In this document: positions 21,951 to 31,969 of the stretch, one piece after another
How the letters are laid out: the number at the start of each line of letters is the position of its first letter
Position numbering within the stretch: position 1 is the stretch's first letter
DNA from: an uncultured Aliarcobacter sp.
Lineage (GTDB): Bacteria > Campylobacterota > Campylobacteria > Campylobacterales > Arcobacteraceae
Reading direction: 5' to 3'
Length of the DNA stretch: 64,000 nt
Assembly: GCA_963677435.1 (NCBI GenBank)
Contig: OY781945.1
Coordinates: 1,056,001 to 1,120,000 of the forward strand
Notes under the pieces: model-generated
What the model was told of the DNA's origin: nothing
Seen by the model: only the letters and a program-made list of their open reading frames with translations
The model's database searches: none
Made by a program: the position numbers and the translations under genes

Positions 21951-22535
21951 ATGAGTTATATACCATATGTAGTTGAGAAAAGTGGAAGAGGGGAAAGAAG
22001 TTACGATATTTATTCAAGACTTCTTAAAGATAGAATTATTATGTTAAGTGGAGAAATAAATGATGCAGTAGCTTCTACAGTTGTTGCACAATTACTTTTC
22101 TTAGAAGCTGAAGATCCAGATAAAGATATCTATTTATATATCAACTCTCCAGGTGGAGTAATTACAAGTGGTATGTCAATTTATGATACTATGAATTATA
22201 TTAAACCTGATGTTTGTACTATTTGTATAGGACAAGCAGCATCAATGGGAGCGTTTTTATTATCTTCTGGAGTTAAAGGGAAAAGATACTCTTTACCAAA
22301 CTCTAGAATAATGATTCACCAACCTTTAGGTGGAGCACAAGGACAAGCGACTGATATTCAAATTCAAGCAAAAGAGATTCAAAGAATGAAAGATTCTTTA
22401 AATGCAATGATTGCAGAGCAAACAGGGCAAGATCTTGCTACAATTGAAAAAGATACAGATAGAGATAATTTCATGAGTGCTGCAGAAGCTTGTGCTTATG
22501 GTTTAATTGATGAAGTTATTGCTAAGCATAAATAA
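21951..22535 (+). CDS. clpP: ATP-dependent Clp protease proteolytic subunit
   Basis: [24 protein letters not shown]. Confidence 0.98.
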   Translation: MSYIPYVVEKSGRGERSYDIYSRLLKDRIIMLSGEINDAVASTVVAQLLFLEAEDPDKDIYLYINSPGGVITSGMSIYDTMNYIKPDVCTICIGQAASMGAFLLSSGVKGKRYSLPNSRIMIHQPLGGAQGQATDIQIQAKEIQRMKDSLNAMIAEQTGQDLATIEKDTDRDNFMSAAEACAYGLIDEVIAKHK

Positions 22536-22546
22536 GAAAGTTTTTA

Positions 22547-23059
22547 ATGATTAGAGAAGTTATAACTTATCCAAATAAATTACTTCGATTAAAGTCAAAA
22601 GATGTGGAGCAATTCGATATAGAATTGCACACTCTTTTAGATGATATGTATGATACTATGATGGCGGAAGGCGGTGTTGGACTTGCTGCAATTCAAATAT
22701 CAATTCCTTTAAATGTTTTAATTATAAATCTTCCAAATGAAGAAGATATTCAAGATAAAAATGAATTAATTGAAGCTATTAATCCAATAATTACTCATAA
22801 AGATGGAACTCAAATATTTACAGAAGGTTGTTTAAGTGTTCCTGGTTATTCAGAAGATGTAACAAGAGCACAACATATTATAGTCGAATATTTTGATAGA
22901 AATGGAAATAAACAAATAATGGAATGTGAAGATTTCTTAGCAGTTGCTTGGCAACATGAAATGGAACATCTTTCAGGTCATTTATTTATAGAAAATTTAT
23001 CAATAATCAAAAGAAAAAAATTCGAAAAAGAGTGGAAAAAAAAGTTAAAACAGAAATAA
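22547..23059 (+). CDS. def: Peptide deformylase
   Basis: GVGLAA, EGCLS, QHEMEH. Confidence 0.97.
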   Translation: MIREVITYPNKLLRLKSKDVEQFDIELHTLLDDMYDTMMAEGGVGLAAIQISIPLNVLIINLPNEEDIQDKNELIEAINPIITHKDGTQIFTEGCLSVPGYSEDVTRAQHIIVEYFDRNGNKQIMECEDFLAVAWQHEMEHLSGHLFIENLSIIKRKKFEKEWKKKLKQK

Positions 23060-23068
23060 ATTATAAAA

Positions 23069-23108
23069 AATAAGAACTATTTGTTTTAAGGAATAGTTCT
23101 TATTTTTT
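23069..23108. terminator. Bidirectional intrinsic terminator
   Basis: AATAAGAACTATT...AATAGTTCTTATT flanked by A and T runs between convergent genes. Confidence 0.7.
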
Positions 23109-23114
23109 TATATT

Positions 23115-25235
23115 TTAAAATGTATACTTGTATGTCAATGTTGCATTTCTTGGTGACCCATAAATCATGCCATCACTTCCTAAACCTTCATAATATTTTT
23201 TATCAAAAAGATTATTTACATTTAGTTGTATATTAGAATTTTTATTAAGTTCATATGCAATTAGCGTATTAATTAAAATAAATCCTTTTTGTTCGATTAG
23301 ATTTTTTCCTTCTCCTTCATAATATCTACTTTTATAGTTTGCACCTGCTCCTAATTTGAATTTTTGAATTTTATATGTTGCGAATAAATTGGCAGTTGTT
23401 CTTGCTGAATCTGTAGAAAATTTATCTCCATTCGCTTCTTTAGCAGTAAAATTAGCTAAACCAAGATTTATATTCATATTTGTAGTTATTTTCCCTGTTA
23501 GATTTATTTCAATACCTTTACTCTCAACTCCTCTTGCAGCCCTAAAGGCTTGACTTGATGTTCCTGGGATTAAAACGCCATCAATTTTTTGTGCAACATT
23601 ATCTTGTATGATTTTAAATAAAGAAAATGATGTATTTAATTTTCCATCAAAATATTCCCCTTTTACTCCTGTTTCATAGCTTTTACCTATTATTGGATCT
23701 AAGTATTTATCGTTAATGTCTTTTTGCGATTGTGGTTGAAATATATCTGTATAACTTACATATATTGAGTGTTGATCATTTATTTCATATACCATACCTG
23801 CGTAAGGTGTAAATTGATTTTCAAATGTTCTTGAATCATATCTACTATCTTCGTTTATAAGTGTATATTTACTTAGTCTTGCACCTAAAATTAATTTTAA
23901 TCTTTCATGTAGGGATAGTTTTTGATTTACATAAAAAGCTGTTTGAGTTACATGATTTAAAGGTCTTATTATTACTTCTGAACTAAGAGGATAAATCTCA
24001 TTTATACTATAGTTATAAAAATTTGGAATAGTAATAGCGTTCCAACCATTCATATAAGCTACATCATTTTTTAGTGTAGAATATTTGCTATATGAAAATC
24101 CTAAAATTGATTCTTGGTCTAAATTTAGAACATTAAATGGTGCTTTTAAATTGAAATCAAAGTTTTCATCTGTTCTATGCACAACATCTTCATATGCTTT
24201 TGCAGATATTCCACTTCCATCATTAGTATTAACTTTCCCTGTAAACCACAAGAGTTTAGATTTTTCATCCATATCTGTATATGTATAACTAGAATTTAAT
24301 GAAATCTGATCTGTAATGTATTGTTGTAAATTTGTAAAAACTGATGTAGTTTTCATATCCCAATATGTCCAATCTTCAGTAACAGATTTTGATCTATCAA
24401 AATCTATTCGATTACCATTTGAATCAAAAGCCGGAAGTCCTCCCCATGCAACTCCATTTTTATCTAAATCTTCATAAGAAGCACCAATTGATAAAAAAGT
24501 AGTATCACTTAAATCTGCATCTACAATTCCATATAATAAGTTTTTTTCTTTTTTATATTTATCCATGAAAGAGTCTTCTTCTTGATGTTTAACTATAACT
24601 CTTGCTCTTATATTTTTATCTTCATTTAAAGGTGTAGAAATATCTACTATTGAAGAATAGTTATTCCATGAGCCAGCACTAAGTAGTAAATTGCCTTTGA
24701 GTACCTTACTATTTGCATGTTTTCTAACAAAATTCATACTCATAGCAGGATTGCCAGAACCTGTGGTTAAACCATTTGCACCTTTTACAATTTCAACTCT
24801 ATCATAAATTGATAAATCTAAATCCCGAGATGAGATAAATCCATATTGGCTCATTCCATCTATTTTAAAATAATCTATTTCAAAGCCTCTTGTTGATGCA
24901 TAAACACTTTCATCTTGTCTATTTAATGTAACACCTGGAATTTCATCTAACATTTTTTGATATGAAGTTATATTTTTATCTTCTAATTCTTGTGTTGTTA
25001 AAACAGAGATAGTTTGAGGAGTCTCTTTTATGGATAAATCAAGTTTTGTTGAACTATTCATTAATCCAGTAGTATATGAATCAGTATCTTCTGTTATAAA
25101 AGATAATTTGTTTTCATGGACATTAATCGTGTCTAATAGGTAATTTTCAAGATTAGTATCTGCCAAAAGATTGTTTTGCAATGCAAATATCGTACTTATT
25201 GATATCAAGAACAAGTGTCTTTTATTTTTTTTCAT
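23115..25235 (-). CDS. TonB-dependent siderophore receptor (FhuE/FpvA-like)
   Basis: Signal peptide; ETPQTISV; plug YDRVEIVKGANGL; C-terminal NNLFDKKYY...YTF. Confidence 0.92.
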   Translation of the reverse strand: MKKNKRHLFLISISTIFALQNNLLADTNLENYLLDTINVHENKLSFITEDTDSYTTGLMNSSTKLDLSIKETPQTISVLTTQELEDKNITSYQKMLDEIPGVTLNRQDESVYASTRGFEIDYFKIDGMSQYGFISSRDLDLSIYDRVEIVKGANGLTTGSGNPAMSMNFVRKHANSKVLKGNLLLSAGSWNNYSSIVDISTPLNEDKNIRARVIVKHQEEDSFMDKYKKEKNLLYGIVDADLSDTTFLSIGASYEDLDKNGVAWGGLPAFDSNGNRIDFDRSKSVTEDWTYWDMKTTSVFTNLQQYITDQISLNSSYTYTDMDEKSKLLWFTGKVNTNDGSGISAKAYEDVVHRTDENFDFNLKAPFNVLNLDQESILGFSYSKYSTLKNDVAYMNGWNAITIPNFYNYSINEIYPLSSEVIIRPLNHVTQTAFYVNQKLSLHERLKLILGARLSKYTLINEDSRYDSRTFENQFTPYAGMVYEINDQHSIYVSYTDIFQPQSQKDINDKYLDPIIGKSYETGVKGEYFDGKLNTSFSLFKIIQDNVAQKIDGVLIPGTSSQAFRAARGVESKGIEINLTGKITTNMNINLGLANFTAKEANGDKFSTDSARTTANLFATYKIQKFKLGAGANYKSRYYEGEGKNLIEQKGFILINTLIAYELNKNSNIQLNVNNLFDKKYYEGLGSDGMIYGSPRNATLTYKYTF

Positions 25236-25278
25236 CTTTTCCCTTATAATAGAAAGTATAGGAATTTTGAAAAGAAAT

Positions 25279-25298
25279 TATGAGAATATGATTTTATC
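25279..25298. promoter_or_regulatory. Possible Fur box
   Basis: TATGAGAATATGATTTTATC upstream of the siderophore receptor; partial match to GATAATGATAATCATTATC. Confidence 0.4.
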
Positions 25299-25463
25299 TT
25301 TTCAAATATGAATATTATTTTGTTATTGTTAATAATGTGTTAAATATAATAAAATAAGGTTTAATAATTTTAAAGTTGATTGTAAGATATAAGAACAACT
25401 TTCCTATTATCAATTAGAAATAATAAAAAAGAGGTTCAAAAGCAGAATAAAGATAACTATGTA

Positions 25464-25844
25464 TTAAACTTCAAAACCCTTTCTTAATACATTAAAAATC
25501 ATTGAAAACATTAAACTATTTGCTATAATCCAAATTCCCCAAAAAAATACTTTTTCAAATTTTGTAAGAAAAATATCTTTAAATAATAAAGGGCAAGATT
25601 TAATAGCTAAATAAAAGAAAAAAGCTATTCCAACATACATACTATATTTGTTTTGTGAAGCAAATAATATTGTGATAAATGATATAAAAGGAACAAAAAC
25701 TGTTAAAGCAAAAAATTTGCCATAAGTTTTTCTTTTTTTATCTCCATTAAAATATCCAACTGTATATCCACATTCTGGACAAACTGTTCCTAATCTTGAT
25801 AATATTTCATGATTGCACTCTGGGCAATTTATAAGTGATGACAT
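25464..25844 (-). CDS. Zn-ribbon membrane protein
   Basis: CPEC-x11-CPEC followed by three hydrophobic helices. Confidence 0.75.
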   Translation of the reverse strand: MSSLINCPECNHEILSRLGTVCPECGYTVGYFNGDKKRKTYGKFFALTVFVPFISFITILFASQNKYSMYVGIAFFFYLAIKSCPLLFKDIFLTKFEKVFFWGIWIIANSLMFSMIFNVLRKGFEV

Positions 25845-25970
25845 TTTTTTATAATCCTAATTTTTTGACTATTATAGCAAGTGAAGTTAAAAAGTGTATT
25901 TAGGTATTTGCTCTTTTATTAAAATAAAGATAATATATTTTTTTATTATATTATTAAAATGGTATCAATT

Positions 25971-26906
25971 ATGAAAATTATAAAATCAGCTTCCCTTGAC
26001 ACATTAGATGCAATTAGTATTGATGTTGAATCAACATTTACAAAAGGTTTACCCACTTTTACAATAGTAGGAATGATAAGCGCGAGTATTAGCGAGTCAA
26101 AAGATAGAGTAAAATCAGCTCTTTTAACAAATGGCTTTAAATTTCCACCTCTTAAAATAACAGTTAATCTTTCTCCTTCTGAAATAAATAAAAAAGGAAC
26201 ACACTTTGACTTGGCTATTGCTTTACAAATTGCACTTTTTGAAGAGAAAAATATAGATTTTGAAGATATTTATTTTTTTGGAGAGTTAGCACTTGATGGG
26301 AATATAAAAGATACAAGTTCTATTTTTCCAATTATTTTATCCCTTGTAAAACAAAATATTATTAAAAAAGTTTTGGTTTGTGAAACAAGTGCAGAAAAAT
26401 TATCAAATATTCCAAATCTAGAAATTTACAAAGTGAAAAATCTAGAAGAAGCGATAAGCTTTACTAAATCAAAAAATAAAGATAATTTTTTATTTCAAAA
26501 GAAGATTTTAGAGTATAAAACACTAAACATAAATGATGACAAATTTTATTATGAAACAATTTATAAAGATGATTTTTCAGATGTTATAGGTCAAGAAATG
26601 GCTAAATATGCAGCCTTAATAAGTGCTGCTGGAAATCATAATATAATTTTTGAGGGAAGTCCTGGTTGTGGGAAATCTATGATTTCAAAAAGATTACAAT
26701 ATATTATGCCTCCCATGAGTTTGGAAGAGATTTTAGAAAAAGCAAAACTTCAAGCTTTGGATTTTAAAGAGGTTGATTTTTCACCTATTAGAGCTTTTCG
26801 CTCGCCTCATCACAGTTCCACAAAATCCTCAATTTTTGGTGGAGGAAGTGTAAATGCAAAGATGGGAGAAATTGCTTTAAGCAACAATGGGATTTTAAAT
26901 TTCTAG
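25971..26906 (+). pseudogene. comM: ComM/YifB Mg-chelatase-like ATPase, 5' part (interrupted)
   Basis: GLPTFTIVG, ESKDRVKSAL, TVNLSP, Walker A GSPGCGKS, FRSPHHS; breaks off at GEIALSNNGI(L). Confidence 0.95.
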
Positions 26907-27136
26907 GTATAGACTATTAATTTGAATATTTATTTTCTTCTAAATTATGAAGTATTTCAATAATAAATTTTTACTATTAAATCTATTTATAGTATTTTAA
27001 TTAACTATTGAGATTGTTTAGATATTTAATTTTTTATTCTATTGATTTTATCTTTACATTTATAAGATTTATATTATGTATATAATTATACAATCAACTG
27101 AATTTTTAGAAAAACTAAACTATTAAAGGTAATTTA

Positions 27137-28669
27137 ATGACTAAAAAAGAGTTTCATAACATCATTAATGATTATAAACAAGGTATTATATTAGCTATAC
27201 TCTCAATAATATTAACTCTAATCATAGATTCTCCTATTTATTTTATGAAAGAATTATTGTCTAATTACATAACAATATTCATTCTTTTTTTGCTATTTTC
27301 ATGTGTATTATTCATATTTAATGAAAAAAAATTTATCACCATTTTATGGATATTCTTTTTTATAGCTTTATTTTTCCATAGTTTATATATTTATAAATAT
27401 AACAAACATTCAAAAACATTTTCAATAAATTTTTATGGTTTATACAGTAATGAAAAGCAAGGATTGACAAAAACCAATAACGATAAATTATTAGATGAAA
27501 ACATACTAAAATCCTTAGATAAAGAAGAATTTTATAATATAACAAATTTATATTTACCAAATCACATATTATATTTCTTTGAAAAAGAAGAGATAATTAA
27601 GCTTTATGAGAACAAGAATAAAAATAATGTATTCTCATTATTAATTTATAAAGAAGACAACATTTATAAAATTGTCAATTTTTTAAACGATGAAGCTTTA
27701 ACTTCTCCATATCATACTAAAAAACATTTAGACTTAATAAAAAATACTTTTAATGAAATATTAAATTTAAATAGTATTAATAAAGAAGAAGTGATAAGAG
27801 ATCTTCTTCTTATGTATCAACAAGAATTTTTAAGAATGTTATCCTATGACTTATTAGATAATAACGTTTATGATTATAAAAAAACATACGAATTATATAA
27901 TTTATCAACAAATAATGTTCTTACAATTTTACATAAATATAAAAGATTAATTTCAAACAATGATCTTAGTAACAAAATTGATTTTTTATTAGATATGGAA
28001 CAATCTATTTCAAAATATACTTTAGCTTTAATTAATATAAGTTCACAAGATTACAATTCTGCTGTTAAAAATTTAATTGCTTGCTTACAATCAACACCTT
28101 ATTTTCCTTATGATAACTATGAAGAATTTGTTAAAGACTATAAAGCTTTTTATCATGTATCACTAAAAAAGTCTTCGGAAGAATTAGAATCAAAACCAGA
28201 ATATTCAAATATTTCTAATAAAAATGAAGATTTTAAATTTGAAAAGAATTTATATACAGATAAATTATCCTCAAATTATTTGGAAATACTTCCTCCATAT
28301 CTTTTAATAAAAGAATTAATTTCTAAAAAAAATTTAACTGATGAGACTTATATTTTAATTGAAAATAGATTTAATGAAATATTAGAACTTAACAATATTT
28401 TTAAATTCTATTTTGCAGATATAATAAAATATTTACCTAAAGGAACAGAAAAAATAAACGATATGTATCTTGATAGGGTAGATGAATCTAAGGTTTTATT
28501 AGAAAATTTTATGAAGCTAGATAGCAATATGAACGATATAATTTCGCAAAAACTTGTTGCATTATATTTATTCAAACAAACATACGAAGGGAAAGAATAT
28601 CATAAAGATATAAGGGAACTATTAAAACAGAATGATCTAAATAGATTAAAAAATGGACCAACACCTTAA
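27137..28669 (+). CDS. Hypothetical protein with N-terminal TM helices and a helical/TPR-like remainder
   Basis: 510-aa ORF with AAAGG RBS; no family recognised. Confidence 0.7.
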   Translation: MTKKEFHNIINDYKQGIILAILSIILTLIIDSPIYFMKELLSNYITIFILFLLFSCVLFIFNEKKFITILWIFFFIALFFHSLYIYKYNKHSKTFSINFYGLYSNEKQGLTKTNNDKLLDENILKSLDKEEFYNITNLYLPNHILYFFEKEEIIKLYENKNKNNVFSLLIYKEDNIYKIVNFLNDEALTSPYHTKKHLDLIKNTFNEILNLNSINKEEVIRDLLLMYQQEFLRMLSYDLLDNNVYDYKKTYELYNLSTNNVLTILHKYKRLISNNDLSNKIDFLLDMEQSISKYTLALINISSQDYNSAVKNLIACLQSTPYFPYDNYEEFVKDYKAFYHVSLKKSSEELESKPEYSNISNKNEDFKFEKNLYTDKLSSNYLEILPPYLLIKELISKKNLTDETYILIENRFNEILELNNIFKFYFADIIKYLPKGTEKINDMYLDRVDESKVLLENFMKLDSNMNDIISQKLVALYLFKQTYEGKEYHKDIRELLKQNDLNRLKNGPTP

Positions 28670-28860
28670 GATTTTAAAGTATATTTTAGAAAAATACACT
28701 TACCACATAATTTTCATTTAATAAGATTGGTTTAAAGTAATCTTTTCTCTCTTTAATTCAGGGTCTTTTTTGAGTTTATTTTGATAGATTCTTATACATT
28801 TTGTTTTTCTTAACACCAAACAATGAGATAAAAAAATTTGAAATTTATTTACTTTTTCTT

Positions 28861-28890
28861 ATTTTATTTTTCTATGTATAGACTATTTAT
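28861..28890 (+). repeat. Internal direct copy of the element's left junction
   Basis: ATTTTATTTTTCTATGTATAGACTATTTAT versus 26892-26921 ATTTTAAATTTCTAGGTATAGACTATTAAT; 26/30 identical. Confidence 0.75.
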
Positions 28891-28928
28891 ATAATAATTT
28901 GCATTTCATAATTAGAACTTTTTATTAT

Positions 28929-30284
28929 TTAGAATTCCTCTGCTTTAGTCTTTCTGAATAGATTGAAAATTTTACTTCTACAATAATTTATATTATGCAA
29001 AATTCTATTTTTATTTAAATCATTTTTAATATAAGTCCTTAATGCTTCAATATCTTTGAAACAAATATAGTTATGTATTAATTCTCCATCCTCTGATGAA
29101 TAATGTGTGAAAATATCATACTCTCTTTCATAATATATATCTTCAGTATTTTCATTTATTTTATTTCTTTTAACTTCTTTGTTTCTTAAACTTAAATTGT
29201 GAGAATACTTTGGATAATAAATTCTTAACCATCTAAGTATTGAGTGATACTTTATCTTATCTTTATTATTTACCTCAAACTGTTTTATATATCTTGGACC
29301 TTTAACTTTATCTTCAATTAAATCTAAAGCATTTAAAAATTTTGCAATAATGGTTCTATGATTTCCTTCACTAATATAATGTTTTCCATTAATTATTTTT
29401 ATACCCCAAGGATCTATACCTCTTTCATAATTTTCTATTGTTCTATAAAAATCAATTGAACCAAATGAATCACTAAATAGTTTCAAATCTTCAACATATG
29501 ATGGTGTTCTTAAGCTGTTAATTGCATCAATCCAAGTTTTCTTATTATATTTTGGGTGTGATGTACCTATTATTTTAGTTACATCAAATGCAACATCTAA
29601 TGTTAAGGTTTCTTTATCAGCAAAATCATAGAGAGCATAATCAATTAATGGTTTTACCTTTTCATTTGCAAAAGGTATTATCTCTTTTGCATCATTAATT
29701 AGCTCTAGAGCATATTCATAAAACTTAATACTATTTGGTAATGCAATATTTTTAATTTTTGAAACAGGTGTATCTTGTAAATGATATTTATTTTTGCAAA
29801 CTTTTTTTAGTTTAAAGCCAAGTTTTCTATAAGTTTTTAGTTTTCTAGTAAAATTCATTCTATTATAACTATTTGAATTGACATGGTCTTTTTCTACTTG
29901 TGGACCACCAGTAAATACAACATTTACATTTGAATCTATATTATGTTTCTCAATCAACTCTCTTAAAATATATGATGTAAAATATGAGAATAATCCTAAG
30001 CTTTTAAACTCAAATAATTCATTTGGCAAAATGTAAAAATCCATAATTTCAAAGATTCTTCCTGAACCACCTTTTAATTGAATTTTATTATTTATAAATG
30101 AAGCTTCCAATACTAAAATTAAATTAGTTCCACTTTGAAGATATTTTTTATATTCATTACCTGATTTGTATAGAACAAAATTTAGTTCTAAGGTTATTGA
30201 TTCCTCAGCCTCTTTTGTTGTCATTTTAATTATTGTATTTTGACTTAACTTTTCATTTTTTAATTTAAAATAATTGACTTTCAT
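28929..30284 (-). CDS. Hypothetical protein, possible GNAT-like plus ParB/Srx-like domains
   Basis: FKSLGLFSY...TYRKLGFK in the N-half; KIIGTSH...HYISEGNHRTIIAK in the C-half; AAAGG RBS. Confidence 0.6.
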   Translation of the reverse strand: MKVNYFKLKNEKLSQNTIIKMTTKEAEESITLELNFVLYKSGNEYKKYLQSGTNLILVLEASFINNKIQLKGGSGRIFEIMDFYILPNELFEFKSLGLFSYFTSYILRELIEKHNIDSNVNVVFTGGPQVEKDHVNSNSYNRMNFTRKLKTYRKLGFKLKKVCKNKYHLQDTPVSKIKNIALPNSIKFYEYALELINDAKEIIPFANEKVKPLIDYALYDFADKETLTLDVAFDVTKIIGTSHPKYNKKTWIDAINSLRTPSYVEDLKLFSDSFGSIDFYRTIENYERGIDPWGIKIINGKHYISEGNHRTIIAKFLNALDLIEDKVKGPRYIKQFEVNNKDKIKYHSILRWLRIYYPKYSHNLSLRNKEVKRNKINENTEDIYYEREYDIFTHYSSEDGELIHNYICFKDIEALRTYIKNDLNKNRILHNINYCRSKIFNLFRKTKAEEF

Positions 30285-30739
30285 ATTAATTGTTAAACCT
30301 TTCAGAACTACTTAATTATTTAAAATAGTAGTGTTTAAATATTTCGTTCATAAGTATATAGTTTTATTTTATAATTATTTTTTTAGTAATTATATAAAAT
30401 TCTTTTTATTACCAACACTCGTTAAGGTGAAATTATTATTTCTTTATATTAATAATAAAAATGGTAAATATAAAGTCTTAACTTATTTAGTAAATGTAAA
30501 GTAATTTGTTAATTTACATTCTAGTTTACATTTTTTATATTAAATTGTAAAGTAAAATGTAAAATAAGCATTTCATTTTACATAAAATTATAGATTTATA
30601 TTTTTATTTACATTACTCATACATAATTAATTACAATTGATACTATCAAATCAATTAAATATCAAATTAGCTATTATTCTAAACTAATTGATAATATTCA
30701 ATCAATTACAATCTTTATTTAAGTTATCAAGGAATTACT

Positions 30740-31399
30740 ATAAAAAAAATACTACTACTAACAACTCTTATATTCACAACCACAATATTCGCAGAATCAT
30801 TCAACCAATCAAAAAAACAACTAAAAGAAATATATAAAGACCATCAAACAACCTTTTACTGTGGATGTAAATATAATCCTTTAGATAAAGATAATATGAT
30901 AGATAGAAATAGCTGTGGTTATGTTCCAAGAAATGAACTAACAAAAAAAGGTAAAGAGAATGAGCGAGCTAATAGGATTGAATGGGAACATATAATGCCC
31001 GCTGAAAACTTTGGTAAACATTTACCTTGTTGGAAAGATGGTGGAAGAAAAGCTTGTAGTAAAGACCCTGTGTTTAATAAAATGGAAGCAGATATGCATA
31101 ATTTAGTTCCATCAATTGGAGAATTAAATGCAGATAGAAGTAATCTTAGATATGGTGCAGATAAACCAAAAAATAAAATGTATGGTGAATGTAAATTTGA
31201 AATAGACTTTGATGCTAATAGAGCTTATGTAAGAGATGAGATAAAAGGTGATATAGCAAGAGCATATTTCTATATGAGTAAAACATATAATATAAACCTA
31301 TCTGATCAAGAAAGAAAACTAATGGAAGCTTGGGACAAACAAGACCCAATAGATGAATGGGAAATTGAGAAAAATAAAAGAATTGAAAAAATTAAATAA
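30740..31399 (+). CDS. Secreted endonuclease I (EndA/Dns/Vvn family) with ATA start codon
   Basis: The frame is open 52 codons upstream of the tracked ATG, to an ATA after AAGGA. Signal peptide KKILLLTTLIFTTTIFA; motifs FYCGC, IEWEHIMPA, ADMHNLVPSIGELNADRSN, KGDIARAYFYM. Confidence 0.9.
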   Translation: MKKILLLTTLIFTTTIFAESFNQSKKQLKEIYKDHQTTFYCGCKYNPLDKDNMIDRNSCGYVPRNELTKKGKENERANRIEWEHIMPAENFGKHLPCWKDGGRKACSKDPVFNKMEADMHNLVPSIGELNADRSNLRYGADKPKNKMYGECKFEIDFDANRAYVRDEIKGDIARAYFYMSKTYNINLSDQERKLMEAWDKQDPIDEWEIEKNKRIEKIK

Positions 31400-31460
31400 A
31401 GAGTCATTTATGAGTCAATTGCTCTTGTATAATATAATTTAATTTAAGAAAGGATTTATT

Positions 31461-31739
31461 ATGAAAAAAGTAGTATTTTTTGTTTTATTATTTACAAGTA
31501 TAAATATGTTTGCAGATCAACATGTAAGTGGGTATTACAAAAGTAATGGCACACATGTGGATAGTTATATGAAAAGTAGTCCAAATAATACAAAAAGTGA
31601 TAACTTTAGTACATATGGGAATGTGAATCCTTATACAGGACAAGCAGGAACAAAAACTTATAGCGATTATAATAACTATGGCCATAATAAGAATAGTAAC
31701 TCAAATAGTTCTGGATATAAAAGTTATAATGGCAGATAG
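31461..31739 (+). CDS. Small secreted protein (VSGYYKSNGT...GNVNPYTG type)
   Basis: Signal peptide plus a motif typical of small mobile-element proteins; AAGGA RBS. Confidence 0.8.
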   Translation: MKKVVFFVLLFTSINMFADQHVSGYYKSNGTHVDSYMKSSPNNTKSDNFSTYGNVNPYTGQAGTKTYSDYNNYGHNKNSNSNSSGYKSYNGR

Positions 31740-31747
31740 ATTTAATT

Positions 31748-31969
31748 CTATCTGCAAATTGTTTCACAAGGAATTCCATCTTTATCTCTATCAAGCCTAG
31801 ATACTCCACATTGTTTTAAATAAAATATTGCTTCTTTACAACTAGTCATTTCTTTACAATATTTTTTACCTTCACATTTAAATTCTGGTTTTACTTCAGT
31901 TTTTGTCTTTTTAGTTTCTGCTGAAAAAAGAGATAATGCGAGTGCAATTACTATTATAATTTTATGCAT
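31748..31969 (-). CDS. Excalibur calcium-binding domain protein
   Basis: Signal peptide; CKEMTSCKEA...LDRDKDGIPCE. Confidence 0.9.
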   Translation of the reverse strand: MHKIIIVIALALSLFSAETKKTKTEVKPEFKCEGKKYCKEMTSCKEAIFYLKQCGVSRLDRDKDGIPCETICR

